Shown in pieces: positions 27,150-38,071 of a stretch of 64,000 nt of DNA. Source of the stretch: Flaccisagitta enflata (lineage: Eukaryota); contig OZ231126.1 in NCBI GenBank assembly GCA_965153355.1, forward strand, positions 19,096,001 to 19,160,000, written 5' to 3'. A program made the position numbers and the translations under genes. The first letter of the stretch is position 1, and each line of letters starts with the position of its first letter. The notes under the pieces are model-generated. The model saw only the letters and a list, made by a program, of their open reading frames with translations. It did no database searches and had not been told where the DNA came from.

Positions 27150-27700
27150 CAGCAGATATTGTCTAGACTTGGAAATACGGGGAATTCATTACAAAAAGAA
27201 AAATATACCTAAGAAACTGATATTTGGAATCTAGACTAATAAAAAGATGCTTTATTGCCCATAGGTATTTGTTGCTATGTAAACACGTTCATGTGTTCAA
27301 GCTGAAGTATCAATATTTGATAAATTTGAGAGAACTTGGTTTAAATTAAAATTTGCTACAATTTTCCCCTAATTTGCTCTGTAAGAACGTCGCCCATTCA
27401 GCCATTGCTAGGGAGCGTAACTATGTGACAGCCCTGTGATGCTCCCTAGCAACCGCAAACATGCGATATTCTTACAGAACATTTTGCGAAAAAATTATGG
27501 CAAATGTTATTTCAAATATTCCCTCAAAAAATCTCTAAATATTGAAACTGCGTGAATACATAAAGATGTGTTTCCATGGCAACAAACACCTATAAGCGAT
27601 ATAGCTTCCTTTTATTAATTTAGATTTCAAATCAGCCTCAAGTTTATTTATCTTCCTGTAATAAATTCCCCGTATATCCAAGTCAAGACGACATCTACCG
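27150..27700. mobile_element. Palindromic MITE, Tc1/mariner-pogo-like
   Basis: CAGCAGATATTGTCTAGACTTGGAAATACGGGGAATT versus AATTCCCCGTATATCCAAGTCAAGACGACATCTACCG|TA. Same TIR family as 42447-45792. Confidence 0.8.
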
Positions 27701-27924
27701 TAACAATTTGAAGAAACAAGGATGAATGCCTATCTATGGATACGTTATTTGCGCTTTCTGCGACTACATTTGGCGCGTACCCCCAGGAGAGGGGGGTTAC
27801 TCATTTTTACGCGCACAAAAAACAACCACAGACCAACAGACAGACGACAGACTGATGGACGAGGCTCGCATAGAGATGCAAGGACGCATCCAAAAATTTT
27901 TTTAGAAGACATTTTCCATTTTTG

Positions 27925-28263
27925 ACTTGCATCTAAATTTTTCAATCTGCGTTTTAACCTTCTTGCTCATAATTTGATAATAAACTAGTGGCCAAAGAAA
28001 AAAAACAAGAGAAACAAAAGAGCGAGAAAGACAAAAACAAGAAAAAGATAAGAAGCCCATAAACAAAGATAGAGGGAGAGATAATCTGCATCTAAATTGC
28101 ATCTAAATTGCATCTAAATTTTTCAATCTGCGTTTTAACCTTCTTGCTCATAATTTGATAATAAACTAGTGGCCAAAGAAAAAAAACAAGAGAAACAAAA
28201 GAGCGAGAAAGACAAAAAGAACAAGAAAAAGATAAGCCCATAAACAAAGATAGAGGGAGAGAT
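27925..28263. repeat. Direct tandem duplication of ~180 bp
   Basis: TGCATCTAAATTTTTCAATCTGCG...GATAGAGGGAGAGATAA occurs twice (~27928-28084 and ~28109-28265). Confidence 0.9.
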
Positions 28264-28776
28264 AAAGAGACAAAAAACAAACAAAACGAATCACTAAATC
28301 AAACAATCAAACAGCAATTACGCGCAATAAGCTGCACTGAAAAAAAAGACTCCCATTTACGACATTTTCCCGGTCGGCGATAGACGCCTATATTGTACTC
28401 GCTATATGCTTTTAGAAAGCTAACTTCACCTATTTAACTGATTAGCGAACTGACACTGAAGCCCTTGGGCCACCCTCAGGGCTGATTGGTCGGTTGGCGG
28501 CCCACATGTTGCAATGTCCCAATAGATTCCAACGAAGGAAAAGAAACGGACACTGTTGGAAGTCTGTTTGCTTGCAGTGGAGGCCATGATTGGACGATAT
28601 CTTGTTAAAGGAAGCTCAAAACGTGTCTAAATAGGGTCGGTTTTAGGTTTTATCGCGTCAAGGACGGCCCCAGTACACTCGAAAATGGACAGGATCACCC
28701 CCGCCCAAGGAAGGAAGAAGAGATGGAAGCTTTTCTATACTCTGTAAAAAAAAGCAAAGAGGTGGAAGCGACAAAA

Positions 28777-28782
28777 TTTATT
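28777..28782 (-). terminator. Candidate polyadenylation signal of the nucleoplasmin-like/miRNA transcript
   Basis: First minus-strand AATAAA I can find downstream of the stop at 30352. Followed by a U-rich tract (A-run at ~28746-28753 on the plus strand). Confidence 0.5.
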
Positions 28783-28889
28783 AAATGTAATTTGATGGTT
28801 TAGGAAACAATGACGACGGATTCAATAGACAAACTAGTTGACAGAGAAATCACTCGGAGGAAAATGGTCGTAGACAAATAAGGCAATAA

Positions 28890-28945
28890 CGAGAACTGTC
28901 GATCTGTGATAAATATCATGAAAATCGCAAAAAGACAATCCAGAT
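28890..28945 (-). ncRNA. pre-miRNA-like hairpin K1; predicted 3p UAUCACAGAUCGACAGUUCUCG
   Basis: Arms TGTC..TGTGAT / ATCGCA..GACA around a ~13-nt loop. Seed AUCACAG. Confidence 0.6.
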
Positions 28946-29009
28946 CAGTACCCACATAAGTGAATGAATGCCGGAATGAAATGAGCACGATGGAACTAGA
29001 TAGCAATAA

Positions 29010-29068
29010 CAGAAGCTGTCATTCTGTGATAATTTGTTAATAATCATATCACAACTTGACAACCTTAG
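29010..29068 (-). ncRNA. pre-miRNA-like hairpin K2; predicted 3p UAUCACAGAAUGACAGCUUCUG
   Basis: GCTGTCATTCTGTGATA / TATCACAACTTGACAAC arms, 15-nt loop. Confidence 0.7.
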
Positions 29069-29103
29069 CCATCACCATTTTTTTGGCGATGTTAATAAGC
29101 TTA

Positions 29104-29175
29104 TGCTCAAGATGGCACAACACGCTGCCCAATTTAGGTAAAAACATTGGGCAAAATGCGGTGCCATACTGCGCA
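29104..29175 (-). ncRNA. pre-miRNA-like hairpin G1; predicted 5p UAUGGCACCGCAUUUUGCCCAA
   Basis: ATGGCAC...TGCCCAAT / ATTGGGCA...GTGCCAT arms, 12-nt loop. Plus-strand A-C mismatches become G-U pairs on the minus strand. Confidence 0.75.
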
Positions 29176-29246
29176 GCAAAGCGAAAAAATCAAATGAGTC
29201 AAGTAGCGTTAAAATGTTTGCGAAAACGTAAAACAAATGGCAACGA

Positions 29247-29307
29247 CGATAACTGTCGATCTGTGATATACGACAACAAATACATCACAAATAGACAGCC
29301 CTTATCG
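29247..29307 (-). ncRNA. pre-miRNA-like hairpin K3; predicted 3p UAUCACAGAUCGACAGUUAUCG
   Basis: CTGTCGATCTGTGAT / ATCACAAATAGACAG arms. Confidence 0.7.
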
Positions 29308-29406
29308 GCACCAATGTATTCACATAACTGCCCCTGAACGTCAAGATGATACTGAAAGGAAGACGGTGCATTAAGACGACATCGAAAGGAAGAATTTGTA
29401 AGGCAA

Positions 29407-29466
29407 TGGTAAAAGCTGTCATTCTGTGATAATTTCATTACCATCACATTGTGACAACTTGAACCA
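29407..29466 (-). ncRNA. pre-miRNA-like hairpin K4; predicted 3p UAUCACAGAAUGACAGCUUUUA
   Basis: TGGT..AAGCTGTCATTCTGTGAT / ATCACATTGTGACAACTT..ACCA arms, 12-nt loop. Confidence 0.7.
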
Positions 29467-29514
29467 GCACCTTTCCGTAATATCAAGCAGAGGACGTAAA
29501 CAGCTTGCGATTAG

Positions 29515-29572
29515 AACGGCACTGAACATGGCCCAATTTCAATAATATTGGGCAAAATACAGTGCCATTATG
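29515..29572 (-). ncRNA. pre-miRNA-like hairpin G2; predicted 5p AAUGGCACUGUAUUUUGCCCAA
   Basis: GGCACTG...GCCCAAT / ATTGGGC...CAGTGCC arms. The arm variant (CAGTGCC versus CGGTGCC) is matched by GGCACTG in the opposite arm. Confidence 0.7.
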
Positions 29573-29677
29573 AACATTCAAGCAGTAAGTAATGAGGTAA
29601 GAAAATTAACGGGCAATAAGTTGTTTTTTTTTCTAAAGAAATGCTCAATTTGAAGCAGTAGTCGACTCATGGCAATA

Positions 29678-29736
29678 GCGCAGGCTGTCTTACTGTGATA
29701 ATCAGATAACCATATCACTATAAGACGGCCTGGGCC
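29678..29736 (-). ncRNA. pre-miRNA-like hairpin K5; predicted 3p UAUCACAGUAAGACAGCCUGCG
   Basis: CAGGCTGTCTTACTGTGATA / TATCACTATAAGACGGCCTG near-perfect stem, 12-nt loop. Confidence 0.75.
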
Positions 29737-29773
29737 AGCACCAATAACATTGACAGAGGAAAGGGGCTTGCAA

Positions 29774-29840
29774 TCAGAATAGCACGGCACCATGCCCAAT
29801 TAAAAGGTGAAGTTTGGGCAAAATGCGGTGCCATAATGAA
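29774..29840 (-). ncRNA. pre-miRNA-like hairpin G3; predicted 5p UAUGGCACCGCAUUUUGCCCAA
   Basis: ATAGCAC...TGCCCAA / TTGGGCA...GTGCCAT arms. Mature arm identical to G1 and G4. Confidence 0.7.
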
Positions 29841-29889
29841 CGCTAAGCTTTAGTCGCAGAATAACAATGACTGAGAATTAAGGCCATAA

Positions 29890-29946
29890 AAAGAATTGTC
29901 ATTCTGTGATGTCCGGACAAGCTAAGATCACAAAGTGACAATTCTC
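29890..29946 (-). ncRNA. pre-miRNA-like hairpin K6; predicted 3p CAUCACAGAAUGACAAUUCUUU
   Basis: AGAATTGTCATTCTGTGAT / ATCACAAAGTGACAATTCT arms, 16-nt loop. Confidence 0.75.
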
Positions 29947-30029
29947 ATTAGCACCTCTAAAAAAGTGTCAAATTGGAGTAAGAAAACCGTCAGTCAATAT
30001 ACCCAAAGAGCTAATGATGGCATCGCAAA

Positions 30030-30082
30030 AAGAGCTGTCGCAATGAGAGCTGTCATACTGTAATAATCAAGAAAGACAGCCC
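30030..30082 (-). pseudogene. Degenerate K-type hairpin K7
   Basis: GAGCTGTCATACTGTAATA has a mutated seed. The opposite arm is truncated (AAGACAGC), and there is a local AGAGCTGTC duplication. Confidence 0.5.
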
Positions 30083-30112
30083 AGCATCGGAAAAGTTAAG
30101 ATGTAAAAGGCT

Positions 30113-30190
30113 CATGTTGAGAATAACACAGCACGCAGCCCAATAGGACGGTCATGACATTGGGCAAAATGCGGTGCCATATTGTACATT
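30113..30190 (-). ncRNA. pre-miRNA-like hairpin G4; predicted 5p UAUGGCACCGCAUUUUGCCCAA
   Basis: ATAACAC...GCCCAAT / ATTGGGC...GTGCCAT arms. AACAC pairs fully only as minus-strand RNA (G-U). Confidence 0.7.
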
Positions 30191-30351
30191 TAAGCGATAA
30201 GGACGGAAAGAATTGCTGTTTAAGTGTAGCGAGTAAAATCCTTGTGAAAAAGAGGCGGAGAGTTGTTACGGAGCGAGATTAAAACGCGAGATTAAAGGAG
30301 AGACGATTGAGAAATGAGTCAAATGTGAGTCCCATATTTGTCGACAAAAGT

Positions 30352-31921
30352 TCATTCTTTAGCCTTGCGGTCCTTGGACGTTGGTTCTCCGACTTCCTTG
30401 GCGTCCTCGGTGATATCCTTGACCTCATCCCCATCAACTTCGTCACCTTCGGTCTCCATTCCAGACGCGTCGGAGGTCTCCAAGTCGGCCTTCGAGTCGT
30501 CTGGCTTGAAGTCCTCCGTGTCGACGTCGGCATCGGCGTATGACTCGACGATGTAATTGCCGAGGATAGACACGGGACCGGATCCCTTGACCAGTTTCAG
30601 CGTAACGTCTCGGCCGGAAATCATCTCAATGCGAAGATCCAATCGGCAGAATTCGCTGACGCCTAAGAGAGGGGTTAAGGATTATGATTGAACTTAATTA
30701 CACCAGCTATTGGACAGCAGTTACAAATCTTATCACCTACGCCATTAGGCATAATTACTGTTACCACTTAATTGTAAAATTATGCGGGTCATGGAACTGA
30801 GCGAAAACACGACCTGAGATACATGAAATACACTTTTTAAAAGAACATCAAGGCTTCAAAATGCACTAAAATTACAAACGTATTAGTAGCTATCTCTTTT
30901 GAAAGCTTCGAAAATAAAATGACGTTCTTATAGAAAAAAGTCGGTCCGTCGGTCGGGTTGTCGGTCCGTTACGCCTGTGCAAAAACCGCGTTTCTCAGCT
31001 GTTTTTGGCCACGGTGAGATCCTATACTGAAACAAATGATCAACCAACATGTTTTGAGAGCCTTTTCTCCCTGTCTGTCCCATCTGTCTCTCCATATACA
31101 TGTCACATGATCAATACACAAAGAGACACAGCCCGGACGCATCGTTGCCTGGTCGGGCTTGTTAAAAGAACATCAAGGCTTCAAAATGCACTAAAATTAC
31201 AAACGTATTAGTAGCTATCTCTTTTGAAAGCTTCGAAAATAAAATGACGTTCTTATAGAAAAAAGGTCAAAATTCATAAAATTCATAAAATTCATAAAAT
31301 TCGTAAACATGATGGCAAGACAAACCGAGAGTGAGGGCAGTAAGCACATGACGCGCCTCCTTGTCGTCGCGATCGTGGTAATGAATCTCGACCACGTTGC
31401 GATCCTTCTCAGCGTCGACGCCCAAAGCCGCAGACTTGAACACCAGGAAGTGACTTTCGGTGTCCGCGTCAGCGTCGACCGGAAACTTGACGGCGTGCGT
31501 GTCACTTTTCCTATGGAAACAGACAAAATAGAATTATTACAAACTTTCGACTTACCTAACGAGCCGTTTCAGCGTTATTTATCACAAATGCGCAGTTCAA
31601 AGTCCAACAGAAGAAAACGTTCCAAATTTTTACACACCTGGAAAGTTCGCATCCCCACAGATGGTGAGTTTCGTTGGGCTCGAGATATTCTTCCATTCTG
31701 GACGACCCGTTGGAGACGAAGCTGCTCTCATCACCGGAATCTGCCGAAGTGGAACGACCGGACTTCATAGAAGCCGTTCTCGACGAAGAACGCGAACTCC
31801 TGGAGCTTCTCTTTTGGGCCGCGGCCTTTTTCAGAGCGTCGATCTTTTCCGCGGTAGATTCCGTGGAAGCCGCGGCGGTGGTGGTGGTGGTGGCAGCGGT
31901 GGTAGTTTCCGTCGGAGTCAT
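30352..31921 (-). CDS. Nucleoplasmin-like (NPL-domain) histone chaperone, 259 aa; exons 31921-31638, 31510-31326, 30662-30352
   Basis: GT-AG introns with matching phases (2, 1); CDS 780 nt. Motifs HLWGCELSR, AALGVDAEKDRNVVEIH and TLKLVKGSGPVSILGNY, then an acidic tail and basic C-terminus. Has a T/A/S/R-rich N-terminal extension. Confidence 0.88.
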
Positions 31922-32149
31922 CTTGTTAGAGTGGACGGCGGCGGTTGTGGGATTGAGTGTGAGTGAGTTTAACTGCGGAGAGAAGAGAAAATGAAAATGG
32001 CACAAGGCAATCGACATGAGCGCAAGTAACCGTTGGAAAAGATTAAGAGCAGACGGCACAATTAGAAAAACCTAACACTGACGACAGACTTAAATTGCAT
32101 TCTGCTTGGCTTCATAATTAAACGACCAAGAAACACGAGGTGAACGTCA

Positions 32150-32193
32150 AACCGAATTGAGTGACAAGGAGAGTAAGGAACAGGTATTTATAC
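32150..32193 (-). promoter_or_regulatory. Candidate TATA box plus initiator of the nucleoplasmin-like gene
   Basis: Minus-strand TATAAATA at ~32192-32185 and TCAATTC ~30 nt downstream (~32160). A 5' UTR splice acceptor lies at 31974-31973. Confidence 0.5.
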
Positions 32194-32387
32194 CCATGCA
32201 CTGCTAACGACACAGCCCTAACAGCTGATCGTTCCGACTTCACCTCACCTCACAGCTGTCTCTCAGGTGAGAGAGGTGAGTTCCTGGGCCGGGTAAGAAT
32301 GAAGGACCTGCAAAGTCAGATATGGCAAGGAAAACGTGGAGGGCAGTGGCAATCAGACAATTTTTAGTCGCGTTCCCAGAACAAAGT

Positions 32388-32389
<2 letters not shown>

Positions 32390-32419
<30 letters not shown>

Positions 32420-32525
32420 GCCTTCATCAACATTTATTCCCGTCTTAATCATTCACATCATCATCATACTCATTTTCATCATCATTATCATCATTGTCAA
32501 CATCATCACTATCAACATCATCACT

Positions 32526-32567
<42 letters not shown>

Positions 32568-32659
32568 GCCGCCTTCATCAACATCATCATCATCATCATC
32601 ATTTTTATCAGCATCATCATCATTGTCAACATTATCACCTCCATTATCATCATCATCAT

Positions 32660-32691
<32 letters not shown>

Positions 32692-32692
32692 C
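32390..32692. repeat. Degenerate (CAT)n microsatellite
   Basis: Seen directly. Confidence 0.9.
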
Positions 32693-32915
32693 CTTTGATA
32701 TTCTGGTCTTGGTCGTAAACGTGTCAGCCACTTCTTTGTCCCTGACATCATCATTCCTTTGCATGGAGCGACCCTAAACATAGTGATGGCATCTCTAGGC
32801 CTCTCTAGTTATGGTCTTCTGGAATTTCTATGGTATAAATGGGCGTGTTGAATCGGGAAGAAGGCGCGTGCCACTGAATTGAATAAGTTTGAGACTAGAA
32901 TTATGATGGACGAAA

Positions 32916-33267
<352 letters not shown>

Positions 33268-36077
33268 TTGGAAAGAAGTACATAAAAAGAAGAGAATCAA
33301 ACATGTAAAAAAGAGAAAGCAAGACGAAAAATTGAAATGTCAGCTCACTATCATTTTTAGCTCTAGCTTAGCTCTAGCTACTGTTGGGTTCATGTAAAAA
33401 CTGCCAAAACTAGCTTTGACTTAGTCTAGTCTTAACTAGATGGAGGTATTGAGGCCGGTTAAGGCCTGATTAGAGGATGAAATGAGGATCCGTAGATCTT
33501 GTTACAGGCACAATTTCGTCTTGGTCCTCGATGAAGGGGGGCGTAGAATAGAGGGACACAGAACCAATTAGGTCATCGCTCTCTCTGGTGCCGATGCTCA
33601 TGAAAAAATGAATGGAAGGAAAAGTGAAAAAAGTGGGAAGAGAAAAGGAAGTAACATTAAAAAAGGTCTAAAAAGAGAGAAAAAAATCGATTGCATAGAA
33701 GTAAAAAATTGAGAGGCGGATTTAAAGGGAAGAAAAATACGAATATTTGCCATGAGGAAAAAAGCTTCCCATGAAAATGATAAGACTGATGGCCTTTTTG
33801 CGTTGCATAGAAAAATATCAGGGTGATGAAAGATGACTGATGAGGCAATTTTGAAGGAAAAAGAAAGGGTCTTGTTAAGGAGGGGGAGGGGGCAAGAGCA
33901 TTAAAAGGAAATGGAGGGTTGACAAGTAGTCAACGAGGCGAGCGGACAAATGAAGCTAAATAGTCGCAAAAGCGTTAGATGGTCAGCGTTACCCGTTGCC
34001 CCTATGAGTATATGTGGGTTTGTGATGCAGAGAGGGGCAGCGGCCCGCAAGGGGCTGATGACCTATGCTTTGTAAGTTTTGAAGCACTAGGCTTGAATTT
34101 CAGCAGCAATATTGAGATTTGAGCCATGATGCTTTGATTTGAGCCTCAAGGCGGTGATTTGAGCTTTGAGGCTGTGATTTAAGCCACGAGACTGTGATTT
34201 GAGCTGAGATGCCGGAATACAAGCCAAGACGTTGGGTTTTGAGCTTCAAGGCAGGGATTTGAGGCTTGAGGCTGGGACGTGAGCCTCGAGGCTGGAATTT
34301 GAGTCTTTGGCTGATTTACCTCAAGGCTAGAATTTGAGCATCGAGGCTGGTATTTGAGCCTCTAGACTAGGATTTGGGCCTCAAGGCTGGGATTTGAGCC
34401 TCAAGGCTAGGATATGAGCTTTGATGAGGGTTGACGGAGAAGGAGGAGGAGGAAGAGGAGAAGGAAAAATTTCCCTTATGTATGAAAGCATTGGTCATCG
34501 GCCTCTTCGGGGCCGCTGCCCAAAAAAGAAACTTCGGTAGGAACATAGATGGGAAGACTGCCCAAATTAGCTTAAGCACAAGTGTTATGGCGGATGGATG
34601 GATGGACAGACGGACGGGCCAACGAACGGACGAGCGTACCTAGCGTACACGCAACTGAAATATTCAGCTCTATAAAAGGCAGGGCTATAGGGTGGAGGTG
34701 GGGCGGGCCGCGTAATGATCCACTTGGATCTCCCTCCGCTGTGAGAAGACCGAACAAGAAACCGGGCAAAATTAAGAACATGGATTTAGAAGGGAAGTTT
34801 TTTGCGCCCATCAAGAGAGACGGGATTCTTGGGCTTAATCCAGCGTCTCATATCGTTTTCGGAAGGATCGCTCTCTGTCTCTTTTCTGGTCAATCTGTCT
34901 TTTTATACTTTTTCGGAGGGCTCGCTCTCTGTCTCTTATTTGGTCAATCTGTCTCACATCGCTTTTGGAAGGCTCTTTCTCTTTCTCTCTTTTGGCCAAT
35001 CTGTCTCGTATAGCTCTCGAGAGGCTGTTTCTCTTTTTTGATCAATCTGTCTCTCTGACTGTCACTGATGACCTTCAGTCAAAATTAATTTTGTTTCATA
35101 ACATGTATTTTTACCCTTCTCTCCATTGTCCCTTCTTTCACCCCGTCATGTCTCCTCTTTTTTTTATACTCTCTGGTGTCTGTAATGACAAGGTTCTGTC
35201 ATAGAACGTGAGACTGGTTTCAGTGGACCGATGAATGCATGTTATGAATGCTATGTAATCAAATATTATATTAGGTGCAATTTATCTTCTTTCACTGCAC
35301 AACGTCACCATCATGTCAGCCCACTCAGCTTAGTCCGCTACGTCAAAACTAAGCCACCATGACAAGCCATCACTGAGGCCGGCCATATAACGTGGGCTAG
35401 ACTCAAACTACTTTTGATTCCTGAAGGGCTGTAAATCAAACGTCGTTCAATGAATTCACGACGTTAGTACGATCAAGCGTCAAAGTTCCACGATGTCATT
35501 GAGAAGTCTCGATTTTAATCAACTTTCAATGACGGATCGGACGGCGAATGGAAACAAGGCCGGATACACGGCTACCCAAGTGGCGTTTGTGTGGGAAGGG
35601 ACAGTGAGAAAAAAGCCTAGCCGAGCCAGGCCGAGCATGAGGGCAAGAGCAAATATATGCAACAAGTGACGCGAGGTCACAATATCGTTGCGGACGGGTG
35701 GGCAGGGGCATCCAACCCCTATCCACACCTCAAGTCCCCCGCTCACATACACAAAAAGCATCTTAAACGCTTGTCTCCGCACTTTTCGAATTGGGTCACG
35801 GACCGACGGACGGACCGACGGGCGGACAAAGCCTCTTATAGAGTTGCGTGTTCGCAACTAAAAAAAAAACGCCCATAAACGCTAGTAAAGCTATGTGTTA
35901 CGGACGGACCGACGCGACGGACGAAGCAACAGACAAAGTGGAAACTTTTGAAAGTTTTGATATTCCTTACAGCCCTACACAAGACGGGGCATATACAACT
36001 TTTGTTTTTCATACTTGTGGTTTTGTGGATATTCACGCAGCATGAATCATGCTCATGTTGCTGTTGCTGTTGTTGTT

Positions 36078-36175
<98 letters not shown>

Positions 36176-36186
36176 GAAAGAAAGAA

Positions 36187-36222
<36 letters not shown>

Positions 36223-36223
36223 A

Positions 36224-36287
<64 letters not shown>

Positions 36288-37449
36288 AGGAAAAGAAAGA
36301 AAGAAAGAGAGACTGGGAAGGCAGAGAAAAATCTCTTCTTGAAGACGAAATGTCAAAAAGATTGAATCGTGAAAAGGGTAAAGCCCTCAAAAGGCCCCCA
36401 GATCTGGACGCAAGAACATCAACGGAATTCTACGCTTCATTAAAACGAACACAACTACAGACGGGACCCTAATAAGAGCGGAGGAGGGACCCAAAGTTTT
36501 AGCATCACCCCCTACAGCTTATAGTTCGGACGGAATATAAAATGCTATATGTCACTTTTCAACCCACCATACCCTACAGCCCAAACGGATCATCATATTG
36601 ACCTGAAATTTGGCATGGAGACTCACCATGACCATAGTTTTGGGGCCACCGAGGCGATTTTTGAGAAGTCGCCCCGTTCCAGAAATATGGGGGTGGGGTG
36701 GGGGTACCCCTGGGGGCAAAAATGTCAAAAATTTTTTTTTTCGATTTTTTTAATTTTTTTGACTCGGAGGCTTAATTTAGTGTCTTTGGCACCAAAATAA
36801 AGCATTTTTTCGGTATTTACTTTGATTGAATGCATATTTCTGTTATTTCAAACCTAACATGTCATTTTACTCATTTTTCCAGATTTTCGTCGATCTTCGA
36901 GGCTTGCGAATCATGCGCCAATAATAGCTACTATTAGCTAGTCCAGAGTTCTACAGTGGCTACCAGAAACAGTACGTTAGCTCATTAACATTAGAAAATA
37001 GGAGATAAGAGGTTGAAAATGCCTGATTAGGGTCTGGCAGCCTGCCTAATGATGCACCAGGTATCGTAGGGCGAAAAAAAAGGTAACTTTTTGTCTTGGC
37101 GCAACGCAAGAGTGAGTTAGGAATTCGGTTGAGAAATCCTTCTGTCGTCTGCTCAGGAAAATGAAAGTGTAATTTGTTTACCACAAGTCGTCAAACTTGA
37201 GCTAGGCTGACAAAATGACTGCCAGTCATGTACATGTTCTAATCTATTAGTAACTATTCTGCATCATTTAGGCCACAAGTCAAAGGCGACCAAACATTCT
37301 GCACTCATTCAAATTCATTACGCGATCATCCAGCACGAAGACTCCGAGGTAACTAGACATGTAAAGTAATTGAATGATAGGTGTAATGATTGGAAAAAGC
37401 TATAATTTAGGAGATAAAAAAACACCTGTTTGATATTTTACTCACAGAT

Positions 37450-37956
37450 ATGGCCGAGGGAGTGGACGATTGGATGCCCATTTTGTTTACGAAGATGATA
37501 CTTCGACACGATGTTGAAATTTCCACCTTCCTTGGCAAAGAAGTCATTCTTCAAATCGACGAAGCTTACACCATTGGAAAATCGATTGCCGTAATCTTTG
37601 ATGAGAATGTAATTGGCCACGTCGACAGGAGTGCTAGAAGAGTGGTCTGGCGTTTCCTACGTTCAAAATCAAAACTGCAAGCTAACGTCTATGTTAGAGT
37701 GGGAGAATGGTGTAACCAGTCATGCTTGTCCGTCGTGACTCATTCCCAGGAGATTGGCTTGAGAATCCGTTTCAACGATTTAAATAGGTCTGATGCAAAA
37801 TTCCTTCTTGCCCATTTCACACGAAAAAGAATGTATTCATTTCCTGGGGTTGGCGTCATGAATTGCCCCGACGTCTTGAGGCCATTTATTTGCCCCTGCA
37901 AAGATGAAAATGGAGTTTCTTCTCTCGTTTTTGGCATGAACATGCCGGTAGATTGA
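37450..37956 (+). CDS. Transposon-borne HIRAN-like domain protein, 168 aa
   Basis: Intact ATG-to-stop ORF directly after a splice acceptor (TTTTACTCACAG|ATATG). Motif SIAVIFDENVIGHVDRSARRVVWRFL resembles the HIRAN A-V...(V/I)GH-x-x-R...FL pattern. Confidence 0.55.
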   Translation: MAEGVDDWMPILFTKMILRHDVEISTFLGKEVILQIDEAYTIGKSIAVIFDENVIGHVDRSARRVVWRFLRSKSKLQANVYVRVGEWCNQSCLSVVTHSQEIGLRIRFNDLNRSDAKFLLAHFTRKRMYSFPGVGVMNCPDVLRPFICPCKDENGVSSLVFGMNMPVD

Positions 37957-38071
37957 TTTTTTTCTTCTAAAGAGCACAATGTCATTTCTCATCTCTTTCC
38001 AGGTTTCTTTACTGTAACATACAGTAGTTTGTAGACCGTAATCTGTAGTTTGTAGACTGTAGTTTGTAGAA

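Noticed and set aside
28885-30195. CRISPR-like reading of the spaced repeats
   Set aside because: Eukaryotic context, no cas genes, irregular spacing, and each repeat is one arm of a hairpin.
28885-30195. Plus-strand K-box (CTGTGATA) target-site array
   Set aside because: No plus-strand gene upstream. Motifs sit in stems with conserved ~22-nt arms, and G-U pairing favours minus-strand RNA. Not fully excluded.
32390-32770. Asp-rich exon upstream of the nucleoplasmin-like gene
   Set aside because: The Asp frame is broken by stops and a frame change; best read as a (CAT)n microsatellite.
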